Both the position numbers and the translations under genes were made by a program. From the NCBI RefSeq assembly GCF_048593235.1, contig NC_133618.1, forward strand, positions 25,336,468-25,400,467: a stretch of 64,000 nucleotides of DNA, read 5' to 3'. The notes beneath the pieces were generated by a model. That model saw only the letters and a list, made by a program, of their open reading frames with translations. It was not told where the DNA came from and did not search any database. Shown piece after piece: positions 38,571-50,219 of this stretch (position 1 is the first letter of the stretch; each line of letters opens with the position of its first letter). This DNA comes from Sminthopsis crassicaudata (Eukaryota).

Positions 38571-40089
38571 AGGATCCAGTCCCACGTGACAAGGCTTCAG
38601 TGGGCTGCTTATAAAAAGGGAATCTCATAGAATCCTTATGGTGAGGGAAAACATTGTTTTCTAAATTCTCAGTATTACATTATATTAAAAAGTGATAAGG
38701 CTTGTCGAACTCAGGGGCTTAACCAAGCAAGAATCCAGAATGAAATGGAAAATGAAACCCCAGGGTTGGTGATATCTGCCCCCATTGAAAATTCCTGGGT
38801 CCCTCTTGGAAAAGCCCCATCATTTCAGAGGACTCAGTGGATCATCTAGGGCAGTCACTAACCTCTGCCCATTTTACTGAGAAGGACATTTAACCAGTTA
38901 GTGTTAGAGCTGGCAGGAGGATCTGCCATTCCTGTCTCCTTGGAGCCGGGAAAGAAGTGTGTAAGTTCTATGTCGAACTTACATGAAGACCAATTTCGGT
39001 CTTCAGGAAGAAGCAAGGAAAAGGCAAAGAAAAATATTAAATGGCAATAAGAAGGACCAGGAAAAAAGGGAAAGGGGAAATCTTTCCCTCCAAAGGAACC
39101 CCCCCCAAAAAAAACAAGCCAGAAGGAGAAGTTATCCCAAGCGGGAGAAGAGACAGAATGAGCCTGCCCCCAGGGAGATGTGGACAATTTCATCTTTGTC
39201 TTTGTATTTCTGTCACATCCATAAGCCCAACACCTAGCCTGTTAATGCTTAATCAATGCTTACTGATGATCTGATTGATTGAGGTCTTTAGAGAAGTAGA
39301 GGGAAGGAAGAACATTTAAGTAAGGAGAGATAAGGAGAAACTGGGATGATAGGGAGCCCAGTTGAGAAATCTCCTGAGATCTCTATCTAGGGAGATAATG
39401 GTTTTTCACTTCAATCAATCAATACATTTATTAAATATGTTTAACATATTTATTAAATATTAATATATTAAATGTGCCCATGAATCATCTGACCAAGATG
39501 TAGTGAAAGAATGGAAAGAAATTAGGAGTCAGAAGTCATGAGTTTAAATTGTGTGTTTGGAATGTGCCGCTTGGGTAATCTTAGGCAAATCATCGCTCTT
39601 TTCTGGCCCAGTTTTCTGCTCAATAAAATGAAAAAGTAAAGAATTTCTAAGTTCCCTTCCAGCTCTAATAGTCTATGCAATGCAGCTTGGGAGGTGGAAT
39701 GGGAAGCATCTTAGACTCTCACCCAAAGGTCATGAGTAGGAAGACCAAGTCTTGACCCTGGGCACTGGCAGAGTGAGTCAGGTTGGTTCTGGGTCAGAAC
39801 CACCCAAACCCACCCATTAAGTGGATCAGCAGCATGACAAAATGGAGAGGGGCTGGACTTCCTTCAGATAGCTTACCTCAGTTTCCTTGCCTGTAAAATG
39901 AGAATCATATAGCACCTATCCCAGAGGGTTGTTGTGAGGATCACCAGAAATGAATATGTGAAATGCTTTCAGATTTAAAAATAGATACGGAAACGTTAGA
40001 TCCTATTACTGCTATTATTAAACAAAAGGAAGAGTCAGTATTTGGGATCAGGTCATGAGTCCTTGAATTTAGGAACATGGGGATCAGGA

Positions 40090-40420
40090 CTTAATGGAGG
40101 TCATAAAGTGGAGAACATGTAGCTCTGGAGTCCAAAGACCTGGATTCAAATCCTGCCTGACACTCAATATAATCTCAAGTAAGTCAACTAACCTCCCTGT
40201 GCTTGTTTCTTCATCTGCCACAACACTGATAATAACAATAGCTGATTATAAAGCTTTAAGGTTAGAGAGCACCTGACATGTACTGTCGCTCTTGACCCTC
40301 ATAATAACAACTGTGAGATAAGTGCTATGATTATCCCAATCCTACAGTTGAGAAAGCAGAGGGAGTTGGACTAGACAGCCCAGATCAGACGTTCCTTCCA
40401 GATTCTAGATCCATGATCGT
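40090..40420. mobile_element. Adjacent MIR fragments
   Basis: ggagtccaaagacctggattcaaatcc head; tcctacagttgagaaagcagag core. Confidence 0.65.
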
Positions 40421-40931
40421 CTGAACATAGCTCAGTTAGGAGGGCTCTCCGACTCCCTGACTAGAAGTCTCCATAAAGGACAAAGGGTGGAAGCAAGAAG
40501 CCAGAAGGGAATTTTTTTTTAAAATGAGTTCAGAGGGAGCCACCAATGAAATCCAGTCAAACTTAGTAAGACAGAGCTCAAAGGAGGAACACGCAGCAAA
40601 AACCGGTTAGACTAGATGGTTCCCGAGGTCTCTGGAAACATTGATATTCTGAGATTCTATAAAAGAGAAGGAATCTAATGGGCTCTGGGGAAAGGGGCAC
40701 AAGAGCAGCAGAAAGCGGGAATGAAACCGGGAACTCACTGGGCTTGTGAGGGTGAGGATGGACTTGAATGAGGAGAAGGGAGTTTGCCAGCAGGTGGGAG
40801 AAGAATTGTAGAAATTTTTTTGCTGACACTCTTATGATAAAAACACACCTAGCATCAAATCGATCATCAGTCAGGCAGAATTTATTAGTTGTATACTGAT
40901 TGCCAGACACTGTCCTAAGCACTGGCGATCC

Positions 40932-41392
40932 TAACTACTACTACTACTACTATTACTACTACTACTATTTCTACTACTATTACTACAATGGAAACTGCTG
41001 TTACTACTACTGTTGTTGCTGCTACTACTACTACTACTACTACTATTTCTAGTACTACTACTACTACTATTACTGCTACTACGACCACTGTTGATTACTA
41101 TTATTACTCCCGATACTACTATTAATGATGTTATTACTATTACTACATTACTACTACTATTACTACAATGGAAACTGCTGTTCTTACTACTGCTGTTGCT
41201 GCTACTACTACTTCTACTACTCCTACTACTATTACTACTACTACTATTACCACTGTTGAGTACTACTAATCCTACAACTAATGATGCTATTACTACTACT
41301 ACCACTACTATTACTACTTCTACTACTGTTGAGTACTGCTGTTACTACTGACCCCACTGTTGCTGCTGCTACTATCATTACTACTACCTATG
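40932..41392. repeat. (CTA/TTA/CTG)n expansion with ~170-180 bp higher-order duplication
   Basis: tactacaatggaaactgctgtt at 40981 and 41161; ccactgttga at ~41085, 41251 and 41375. Confidence 0.9.
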
Positions 41393-44175
41393 TAGCATTT
41401 TAAGGTTTGAAAAGCACTTTACTCACGTTAACTCATTTAATTCTCACTCTAACTCTGTAAAATACACATTCATTTTTACATCCAGGGAAACTAAGGCACG
41501 ATGTCAGTGACTTGGCCAGGATCCCATGATTAGTGTCAAAATCAGGGCTTAATTTCAGCTCTCTGTGAGTCTCGTGCTCATCAAAGATTTCCCGCTCCTT
41601 CATCCCAGTGGGTGTGGATGTCGCTGTGGAATGGAGCTGACCGACTGCTGTTTGGTGCTCTCTGCTCCCTCTGTCCAGCTCAGTAAAGGCAGAGCTGACT
41701 CCTTCCCAGGCCTTTCCTATGTACTCCCTAGAGGACAGCTCATGACAGCAGTACCAAAATCAAATAGAAATGGGGCCCACTTCATTGCCAGAAGCATCCC
41801 TACAGGCCATATATTGACTCAGAAAAGTAGGGCTAATATTATCTATGTTCTGTTGAATTTGCATTTATTTGGTTCCCTGTTTCTTAGTTAGATTTTAACC
41901 TGTTTGGGTAGTACTCTGGAGTGGCGCAGGTATGAGTCAGACTCCTTTGGGTTAGGGTGTATTTTTCCCCAGGCAGCTGCTCACCCCTTTTCTCTCTGAA
42001 GATTTAATCAGCTGCATCCGGCTAAAACAGTGACTTACTTTTTCATCTAGGAGCACTACAAAGAGCCTGGGGTCCCATTCTTCTTTATTTATGGAGTGCA
42101 TAGCAGAGGAGTTAGCAGCACAAGTGCCTTAGCTCAGAGCCCCCAATTAGGGAAATTTCCAACATCCAGGCAGAAGTTTGATTCTCTGACCTAATAAACT
42201 TGTTTTATCTCTACCCACTAATCTCCTCAGGCTTGAAGCAAAAAACAGGATATAGAAAATGTTTGAAGATGAGAGCAGAGTATATTACAAGGTCTTTTAC
42301 AAGAAAAAGTAGAACTTCTTTGTCTTGATAGAGACAGAAGCAATCCACTCTTCTGCACAAGATCCCTGTCAAAGCCTGCCCAAGACTTAGCCCTTTCACT
42401 TTCTTCTTTCAGTCTCTATTTTTGTTTCCTCCTTTAGCCTGTTGCCCTTGGGAAAATTCCCCCCAATCAGTTCCTTAAGTCCTGGGTGGGTTTGGAGGCC
42501 AGAATTTCCCACTGCTACTGGGGCAGTGTTTCTTTTCCCCACTCAGGAAAGCCCTCATGTGGAAGGGGACACATGATAGCGAAGGTCTGTAAGAAGCATG
42601 GATGAGGAGAACATTTCAAATCTAGTCTGCGAAGATCAAGGGCTAGAGATGGAGAGGGGAAGAGACTTTCATTGGTACAGCATGTCAACAATAACCATGT
42701 AGTTTCCTCCTGATTCCCTAAATGTGGAGAATGAATAAGATGATCTTCATTTCACAAAAGAGGAAATTCATGCTCAGAAAAAGCAGGGGATTCCCTGAGG
42801 TCACACAACCAACCCAAGTTTTTGGAGCCTCCCTTGATGCCTGTAGATCGACCAACTATTGCCAACTGAAGATTATATAAGAAGAAATTTTAAAAAGAGA
42901 GCTTGGCTATCACATCTTTGTAGTGAGTCAAACGTGGTCACAGTCTCACATCGGATTATCGACTTAGGCCTGGAATATACCTCCTTTCCACTAAGATGGG
43001 GAAGTGCTGTGGAAAGTATAAAGTGTGATATAAGCATGAGGTAAATTCCCTAAATAATCTGGGAATCTGATGGATGGAAAAGAACGGGGAATCCAGAGGC
43101 TGTTAAAATGGGAGTCATTATTACTTGTGTGACTGAGGAAAAATCTCTTAACCTCTCTGGTTTGTAAATTAAATCCACCCAAATTCAGGATAAGGGCCCT
43201 ACTGCCTGAAACTGAGATGGGAGAGCTGTATTTGAAAGGGTAATTTTCTTCTTCTCTACTTCATACTTCCCATAACTTCCTCTGACCCTTTATTACTTAG
43301 CCCTCTTCCCCTTTTTAAAATTTTATTTTATTGACATAATACCTCCTGTGGGCGACTTCTTCAATCTGTATTTGAATTCTCTCCAGCTGGATTTCCACAA
43401 AGTAGTTGCTGCTTTCAGATTGTAGTTGGCTAGATGAGTCCTCTCACCTCTGGACTACCAGATTTTACTTCCTGATAAGCAGCTGAACACTGCAGTGTAT
43501 TCTTTCAGGGGGAAAAAAAAACAACAACAGATCCTTCAGCTAAGAGTGAAAAAAGTCTCTTTAATTCTATCCCATGAGGTCCTTGGTTCTGAGGCTCGCC
43601 GTCTTCTAGACAAGAGGTGGGAGAGCAAAGAATCCGTATTTCCTTTTTTATAACTCTTCCTGCTAAATGGCTGGGTCCTCTTAATGATGACTATCCATTA
43701 TATTTCTCAGCTCATCATCCTTCAGGCTAAGCCATAACCAGGCAATATCCATTTGCTCAACCATCCCCAAACAGCTTTGGGTTTCAGGATTCCCCAGTTT
43801 ATTTTAAAACTCTAAACTTCTCCCAGACAAATGGATAGATGGGAAAAAGAGAGGCAATCTAATGTGTCTGTCAATAAATCAGGGCTTCTCGTTTCTATAG
43901 AGAAAGTAGAAAAATGCGTTTTCTCAAGTTTTCTCCAAAACCAAGCTTGGTCATTTTCATATATATAGCCTTTAGTTTAGGTTAGGTTTTTCCCTCTCAT
44001 TTACATTACTGTAGTCACTGCATCCTACTTACTCCATCCTTTTAAAAAAAAAAAAAACTTAGTTTTTCCTATTTTTTGTTTCTTATGACCCAGAAATATT
44101 CCATTACATTCATGTGCCATAGTTTAGCTGGTCATTCCACAATCAATGCTCTCACGCGTTTAAATCTTTCCCACA

Positions 44176-44807
44176 GTAAATTATGGTATATGAAGGTTAT
44201 GGAATATTATTGTTCTGTAAGAAATGAGCAACAGGATGAATACAGAGAGGCTTGGAAAGACTGACATCAACTGATGCTGAGTGAAACGAGCAGAACCAGA
44301 AGATCATTATACACTCCAACAATGATACTGTACGAGGATGTATGCTGATGGAAGTGGAAATCTTCAACATAGAGAAGAGCTAATCCAATTCCAATTGATT
44401 AATGATGGACAGAATCAGCTACACCCAGAGAAGGAACACTGGGAAATGAGTGTAAACTGTGAGCATTGTTTTTTTGTTTTGTTTTGTTTTGTTTTTCTTC
44501 CCAGATTATTTTTACCTTGTGAATACAATCCTTCCTTTGCAACAACAACAACAACAAAATTCGGTTCTGCACATATATATTGTACTAGGATATACTATAA
44601 GATATTTAATATGTATGGGGATGCCTGCCATCTAGGGGAGGGGGTGGAGGGAGGGAGGGGAAAAACTCGGAACAGAAGGGAGTACAAGGGATAATGTTGT
44701 AAAAAAAAAAAAAAAGAAAAAAAATTACCTATGCATATGTACTGTCAAAAAATGTTATAATTATAAAAATTAATAAAAAAACAAAATAAATAAATAAATA
44801 AATAAAT
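44176..44807 (+). mobile_element. Young L1 3' end, 5' truncated
   Basis: ORF2 C-terminus YYCSVRNEQQDEYREAWKD, 3' UTR, (AAAT)n tail; TSD aaatctttcccaca at 44162-44175 and 44808-44821. Confidence 0.93.
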
Positions 44808-44809
44808 AA

Positions 44810-45066
44810 ATCTTTCCCACACTGTCTCCTTTCTCCTTCTTTTCTCTTCCTTCAAATGTGTAGGATGGTCTCTAGCACACGCTTAAGAGATGGAGATGAT
44901 TAAGATGACAGAGAGATGGAGACAGAGACAGAGAGAGACAGAGGCAAGAGACACAGAGACAAAGAGAAGAAGGGAGGGAGAGGTGAGTGTTTTGGACAGA
45001 AGATATACCTCAGATCAAGAGCCTAGGAGACAGAAACCCCTGGGAGTCGACATACACAGAGCATCA
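44810..45066 (+). repeat. Left arm of inverted duplication
   Basis: Reverse complement of 46503-46767; 10 mismatches in the first ~123 aligned nt. Confidence 0.93.
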
Positions 45067-45189
45067 TTAGATCTTCTTCCAGTTGGAGAAATTGTTGGTC
45101 CCTAAAGAAGTTGAAGTTAATTAAGAACAATTAACCCGGCCCAAGGGAAGAACCCTTTAGAGGAAAAAGAGGAGTCCAAGGATAGACAG

Positions 45190-46100
45190 CTTTCAGAAGC
45201 CTGTTTGTAGGTATATGAAAAAAATGCTCTAAATCATTATAGATTAATGTAAATTAAAATAACTCTGAGCTTCCACCTCCCACCTATCAGATTTTCTAAT
45301 ATGATAGAAAAAGAAAACAAAAAATGCTGGAGAAGATGTGGAAAAATTGGAACACTAATACATTGTTGGTAGAGTTGTGAACTGATCCAACCATTCTGGA
45401 GAACAATTTGGAACTTTGTCCAATGGGCAACCAAACTGTGCATCCTCCTTGACCCAACAATACCACAACTGGGTCTGTATCCCAAATAGATCATAAAAAG
45501 GGGGTAAGACCCACATGTACAAAAATGTTTGTAGCAGCTCTTTTTGTGGTGGCAGAGAAATGGAAGTCAAGGGGGTGCCAGTCAGTTAGAGAATGGTTAA
45601 ACAAGTTGTGGTATATGAATGAACATAACAGAATACTATTATTCTATAAGAACAGGGGGATTTGAGAAAAACCTAGGAAGACTTGCTGAGTGAAATGAGC
45701 AGGACCAGGAGAATGTTGAACACAGGAACAGGAACATTATGTGATGATCAACTTTGACTTAGCTCTTGCCAGCTATACAAGGATATGAGACAATCCCACA
45801 AGATTTGAGATGGAAAATGCTATTTCTGTCCAGAGAAAGAACTGTGGTGTCTGAATGCAAATTAAAGAATACTACTTCCTCTTTTTTTTGTTTTTGTTTT
45901 CTCTTTCTCGTGATTTTTCCCTTTTGTTCTGATTCTTCTTTCACATGACTCATATGGAAATATGTTTAACACGATTGTACATGTAGAATCTATATCAGAT
46001 TGCTTACTGTCTTGGGGAGGGAGGGAGAAAGAAAAATTTGGAACTCAAAATCTTATAAAAAGGAATGTTGAAAACTAACTTTATATTTAATTAGAAAAAA
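45190..46100 (+). mobile_element. L1 ORF2 C-terminus and 3' UTR fragment
   Basis: aatgctggagaagatgtggaaaaattggaacactaatacattgttggt...aattggaactcaaa. Confidence 0.9.
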
Positions 46101-46502
46101 TACAATACTATTGAATAAGTGGAAGAAACAGAGGAAAAGGGGGGCATGGTCTCAACTCTAGCTAAGAGAGTAAACCAGTTATGTTGGGCATTAAATTTTT
46201 TTAAAAAGCAGTTGGAATAATTAAATTCAACAAGCATTTATTAAGCACTTTCTGTGTACATAGAAGGACATAATGTCTATAAAGGGATTTGTAAACCTTT
46301 AAGGTACTGGATAAATGTGAGCTATTATTATGAGGCAGAGAAGCAGGATTGGTCATTGGTGATGAGCCCTCCTAGAATATTGTCATTCAGTTAATTTGTG
46401 TCTGATCTATCTCCACGATCCCATTTGGGGTTTTCTTGGCCAGATACTGGAGCTCTTTCTGAAAGAGCATAGGTGTGAGTTGGAGGAGGTGGAGGCCATA
46501 GG

Positions 46503-46767
46503 TGATGCTCTGTGTACGTCAACTCCCAGGGGCTTCTGTCTCGTAGGCTCTTGATCTGAGGTATATCTTCTGTCCAAAACACTCTCCTCTCCCTCCCTTC
46601 CTCTCTCTGTCTCTGTGTCTCTCTTGGTCTCTGTGTCTCTTTCCTCTGTCTCTGTCTCCATCTCTCTGTCATTTTAATCATCTCCAGCTCTTAAATGTGT
46701 GTGAGAGACCATTCTTTACATTTGAAGGAAGAGAAAAGAAGGAGAAAGGAGACCGTGTGGGAAAGAT
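46503..46767 (-). repeat. Right arm of inverted duplication
   Basis: Both arms translate to VLDRRYTSDQEP.RQKPLGVD.HRAS on opposite strands. Confidence 0.93.
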
Positions 46768-47064
46768 ATAGGCTATAGGTGCTCAGTGATACAGTGCTTA
46801 GAGCACCAAGTCCAGTTGCCTCATACCTTTACACCTGGACAACTTATCTCTGTCTGCCTCAGTTTCCTAAAGTGCCTTTCAACTCTTAAAGCACTTTTAC
46901 AAATTCTTGTTACTATCTCAACTTTGGATTTTCCCCCAATACTGAACACAAGACTATAGAATAGGTGCCTAATTGTTACTGAATGAGCAAATGAAATCAA
47001 GCAAAAAAAAAAAACAATTATGCTTATTTGTACTGGGTATTGTGCAAGGGCAGGGTATACCAGT

Positions 47065-47330
47065 ACAAACTTGTTACTGTTTTTCCTCTTCAGTCATGTC
47101 TGACTTTGTGACTCTATGTGGGGTTTTCTCAGAAATTATACTGGAGTGCTTGGTCATTTTCATCTCCAGCTCCTTTGACAGATGAGGAAACTGAGGCAAA
47201 CAGGGTTTGATGACTTACCCAAGGTCACACAGTCAGTGAGTGTCTATGGCTAGATTTTAAGTCAGGAAGATTCATCTTCCTGACTCTAGACCTGATGCTG
47301 TACCCGCTGTACCTCCCAACAAGCCTTATC
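47065..47330 (-). mobile_element. MAR1-type SINE
   Basis: ggggttttctcag...atactggagtgcttggtcattttcatctccagctc...acagatgaggaaactgaggc. Confidence 0.75.
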
Positions 47331-47507
47331 TAGATTGTAAGAGGAGACATGAAAAGTGCATCCAAGGTGTCCCAAAAGTCTCAGCAGTTTCTGCACTTTG
47401 AGAACACCCTATATAAAAATCAATCAGTCAACAAGCATTTTTTAAGTTCTTCTCATGAGCCCGGGACTCTACTACATATGCACAAATAGGTTAAAAGCTG
47501 CTAAATA

Positions 47508-47585
47508 CGGGGAAGCTAGATGGCAGAGTGGATAGAGCACCGGCCCTGAAGTCAGGAGGACCTGAATTCAAATCCAGCCTCATTC
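47508..47585 (+). mobile_element. WSINE1-type SINE 5' part (runs into gap)
   Basis: ggggaagctagatggcagagtggatagagcaccggccctgaagtcaggaggacctgaattcaaatcc. Confidence 0.85.
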
Positions 47586-47715
47586 NNNNNNNNNNNNNNN
47601 NNNNNNNNNNNNNNNNNNNNNNNNNNNNNNNNNNNNNNNNNNNNNNNNNNNNNNNNNNNNNNNNNNNNNNNNNNNNNNNNNNNNNNNNNNNNNNNNNNNN
47701 NNNNNNNNNNNNNNN
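47586..47715. other. Assembly gap
   Basis: Run of N. Confidence 1.
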
Positions 47716-48689
47716 GAGGGCAGAAACAAGTAGCCCAGATCAGAAAAGACTTCATGCAGAAGATGGTGCCTAAGAATCTATCAATCCACCCTATTTTAAA
47801 CTGTAATTTAAATTTAAAATAGAACATAAATTATTAAAATAAATATAAATCTATTTAAATAAACAAATACATTTGCCAGTCACCGTGGCAGACATTTAGA
47901 ACACAAATATTAAAGTGAAATCACCCTAGACCTCCAGGAGCTAACAGTCTACTGGGGAATGCAGTTGGTATCTACTAGGAGATGTAAAGGGGATGTAACC
48001 AGTATCCATTAGAGGAATACAAACGGTATCTATTAAGGAAGCCATAGTTAGACAAGGGAACTTTGGTTTTCTAGGCACTCATGGGCATTGGGAACTGTGC
48101 CACAGGGGAGGAGACTGAAGAGCTCTTTCCAATAGAAATGGTTATTGATTTCTCACATGTTCTCTGAACAAAGCAGAGAAAGTATTGAGAACAGAACAGC
48201 TAGTACAATACAAGCAAAAAAGGAGCCAAGGCTGAAAGTATGCCAAAAGAACAGAAGAATAGGATGGCAAAAAAGGAAGGAAGAAGGGAAAAAATGTTAC
48301 ATGCTAAAACTAGGAGTTTTAGAGATCAAGTCAAAAGGGGAAACTGAGGCTCAGAGTGACCTGCCCAGGATCATCTAGGTAGTGAAAACCTGAGATTCAG
48401 ACCCATTTACTGGAACAGCAAGTCTGAACTATAGTTTAGATGGTGAGAGGATCCAATGGGAAAATGCTACCTTAAAGACCAGGAAGTAAGCAGCTTGGAT
48501 GATCTCAGGGAAATTGTAGAACCTCTTTTTTCCTTATCTGTAAAATGGGGCTAATTATACCAATGGGGAGGGTTGGGCAAGCTTTACCCTCTCAGTAAAG
48601 AAGCTTGACTTCTGAAAAAGCAGAAAATGTGATCTCCCTGCTCTCCCTTTCTCCTGACATTATCTCCCATCACCCACTCATAAGGACGT

Positions 48690-49170
48690 ATTCCATCTGA
48701 TCTCTATTGAAAATGTGGCTCTTTCAATTTGGAACTATGCCCAAAAAGCCATCAAACTGTGCACACCCTTTGACCCACAGTGTTTCACCTGAGCCTGTAT
48801 CCCAAACAGATCTTAAAGGAGGGAAAGAGACCACATGGGGCAAAATGTTTGTGACGGCCCTCTTTGTGGGGGCAAGGAACTGGAAACTGAGCTCATCAGT
48901 GGGAGAATGGCTGAATAAATTATGGTAGGTGAATGTTATGAAATATTATTGTTCTGTAAGAAATGACCAGCAGGAGGATTTCAGACAGATCTGGAGAGAT
49001 TTACAGGAACTGATGCTGAGTAAATGACCAGAATCAGGAGATCATTGTACACGGCAAGTGCAAGATCTATTCTGATGGACATGGCTCTTTTCAACAATGA
49101 AGTGATTCAGGCCAGTTCCGATGAGCTTGTGATAAGAGAACCATCTACATTCGGAGAGAGACTGAGGATG
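48690..49170 (+). mobile_element. L1 ORF2 C-terminal fragment
   Basis: QFGTMPKK..KMFVTALFVGARNWKL..GEWLNKLW. Confidence 0.88.
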
Positions 49171-49199
49171 GAGTCAGGAAGACCCCAGGACCCTGGGCA

Positions 49200-49435
49200 T
49201 CTCATTTAGCCTCTGTCTGTACAGTTTATGTTAATAAATGCATAGTAGATCCATAATAAATGCTCGTTTTCTTCTAGTTCTTGTCCTGAGCTCCAATCAA
49301 GAATCCCAAACTGACTGGTATACATTTCTGACCAGATATCCAATAGGAATCTCAAACTCAATATGTCCACAATAGAACTCCTTTTCTTTCCCCCTAAATT
49401 TCCCCCTCTTCTTAATTTGCCCATTTCCATGAAGG
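49200..49435 (+). mobile_element. L2 fragment
   Basis: ctcaaactcaatatgtccacaatagaactcc. Confidence 0.7.
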
Positions 49436-49439
49436 CATT

Positions 49440-49640
49440 GAAACAGCTCAGTGGATAGAGCGCTGGGCTTGGAATCAGGAAGGTTCATCTTCCAGAGTTC
49501 AAATCCAGCCTCAGACACTAGCTGTGGGATCCTGGGCAAGCCCTTTTACCCCGTTTTCCTCAGTTTCCTCATCTGTCAAATGAGCTGGAGAAGGAAATGG
49601 CCAACCACTCCGGTATCTTTGCCAAGAAAATCCCCAAAAT
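49440..49640 (+). mobile_element. MAR1-type SINE
   Basis: cagtggatagagcgctgggcttggaatcaggaag...ggagaaggaaatggccaaccactccggtatctttgccaagaaaatcccc. Confidence 0.85.
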
Positions 49641-50150
49641 GAAAGTACCGCCATCCTTTCCACCCCCCAGCTTCATCCAATACCACTGAGCAGCAGAAGC
49701 ACCTTTGTTTCAAGGAGGCTGGGCTGGTTTCTTCTTAAAGGAGCATCCTCAGGAGAGTTGCCTGGGTGGAGGAAGAATACGGAGCTGCTGCTGATCATTT
49801 CCTGGTCATCTGGCAAAGAATAAAAGGCCCAGCCTTGAGGACTCAGTGGTTCTCACTGCTAAGCCAGTCAACACACCTCTGTGACTCAGTCTGCTGAGAC
49901 AAAGGGAACACAAGTTCCACCGAATTAGTGTCGTATACTTATTGAATTGCCTTTTAATTGTTAAGTAAGCTTCTTTTTATTGAATGCCAAAGACTCCACA
50001 GCTGTTTCATTGTGCTCCAGTTCCTAATTAACCATCCTCCCCTCCTTAAGTGTGAACTAGACCAGTCTCAATAGTTGAGGTCTGGCAGGGTCCACAATAA
50101 ATCCAGTTTCTCTGCTGATCTAAAGTTCACGTCCAGTTCTTGCTCCCAGG

Positions 50151-50219
50151 ATGTCACGGAAAGAACGAGGGCGCGGGAATCCGAGCCGGCCCGGTAGCCC
50201 TGGTTCTGACATTCTAGAG
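50151..50219 (+). CDS. Candidate first coding exon MSRKERGRGNPSRPGSPGSDILE (unverified)
   Basis: Acceptor cttgctcccag just before ATG, canonical donor AG|gtaagt, phase 0, dense CpG; product not recognised. Confidence 0.35.

Noticed and set aside
40931-41351. Poly-Leu, poly-Ser and poly-Val ORFs
   Set aside because: Trinucleotide repeat artefacts
42150-42800. Several NF-kB-like decamers (e.g. GGGGATTCCC near 42786)
   Set aside because: About 16 consensus matches are expected by chance in 64 kb on both strands; no further support
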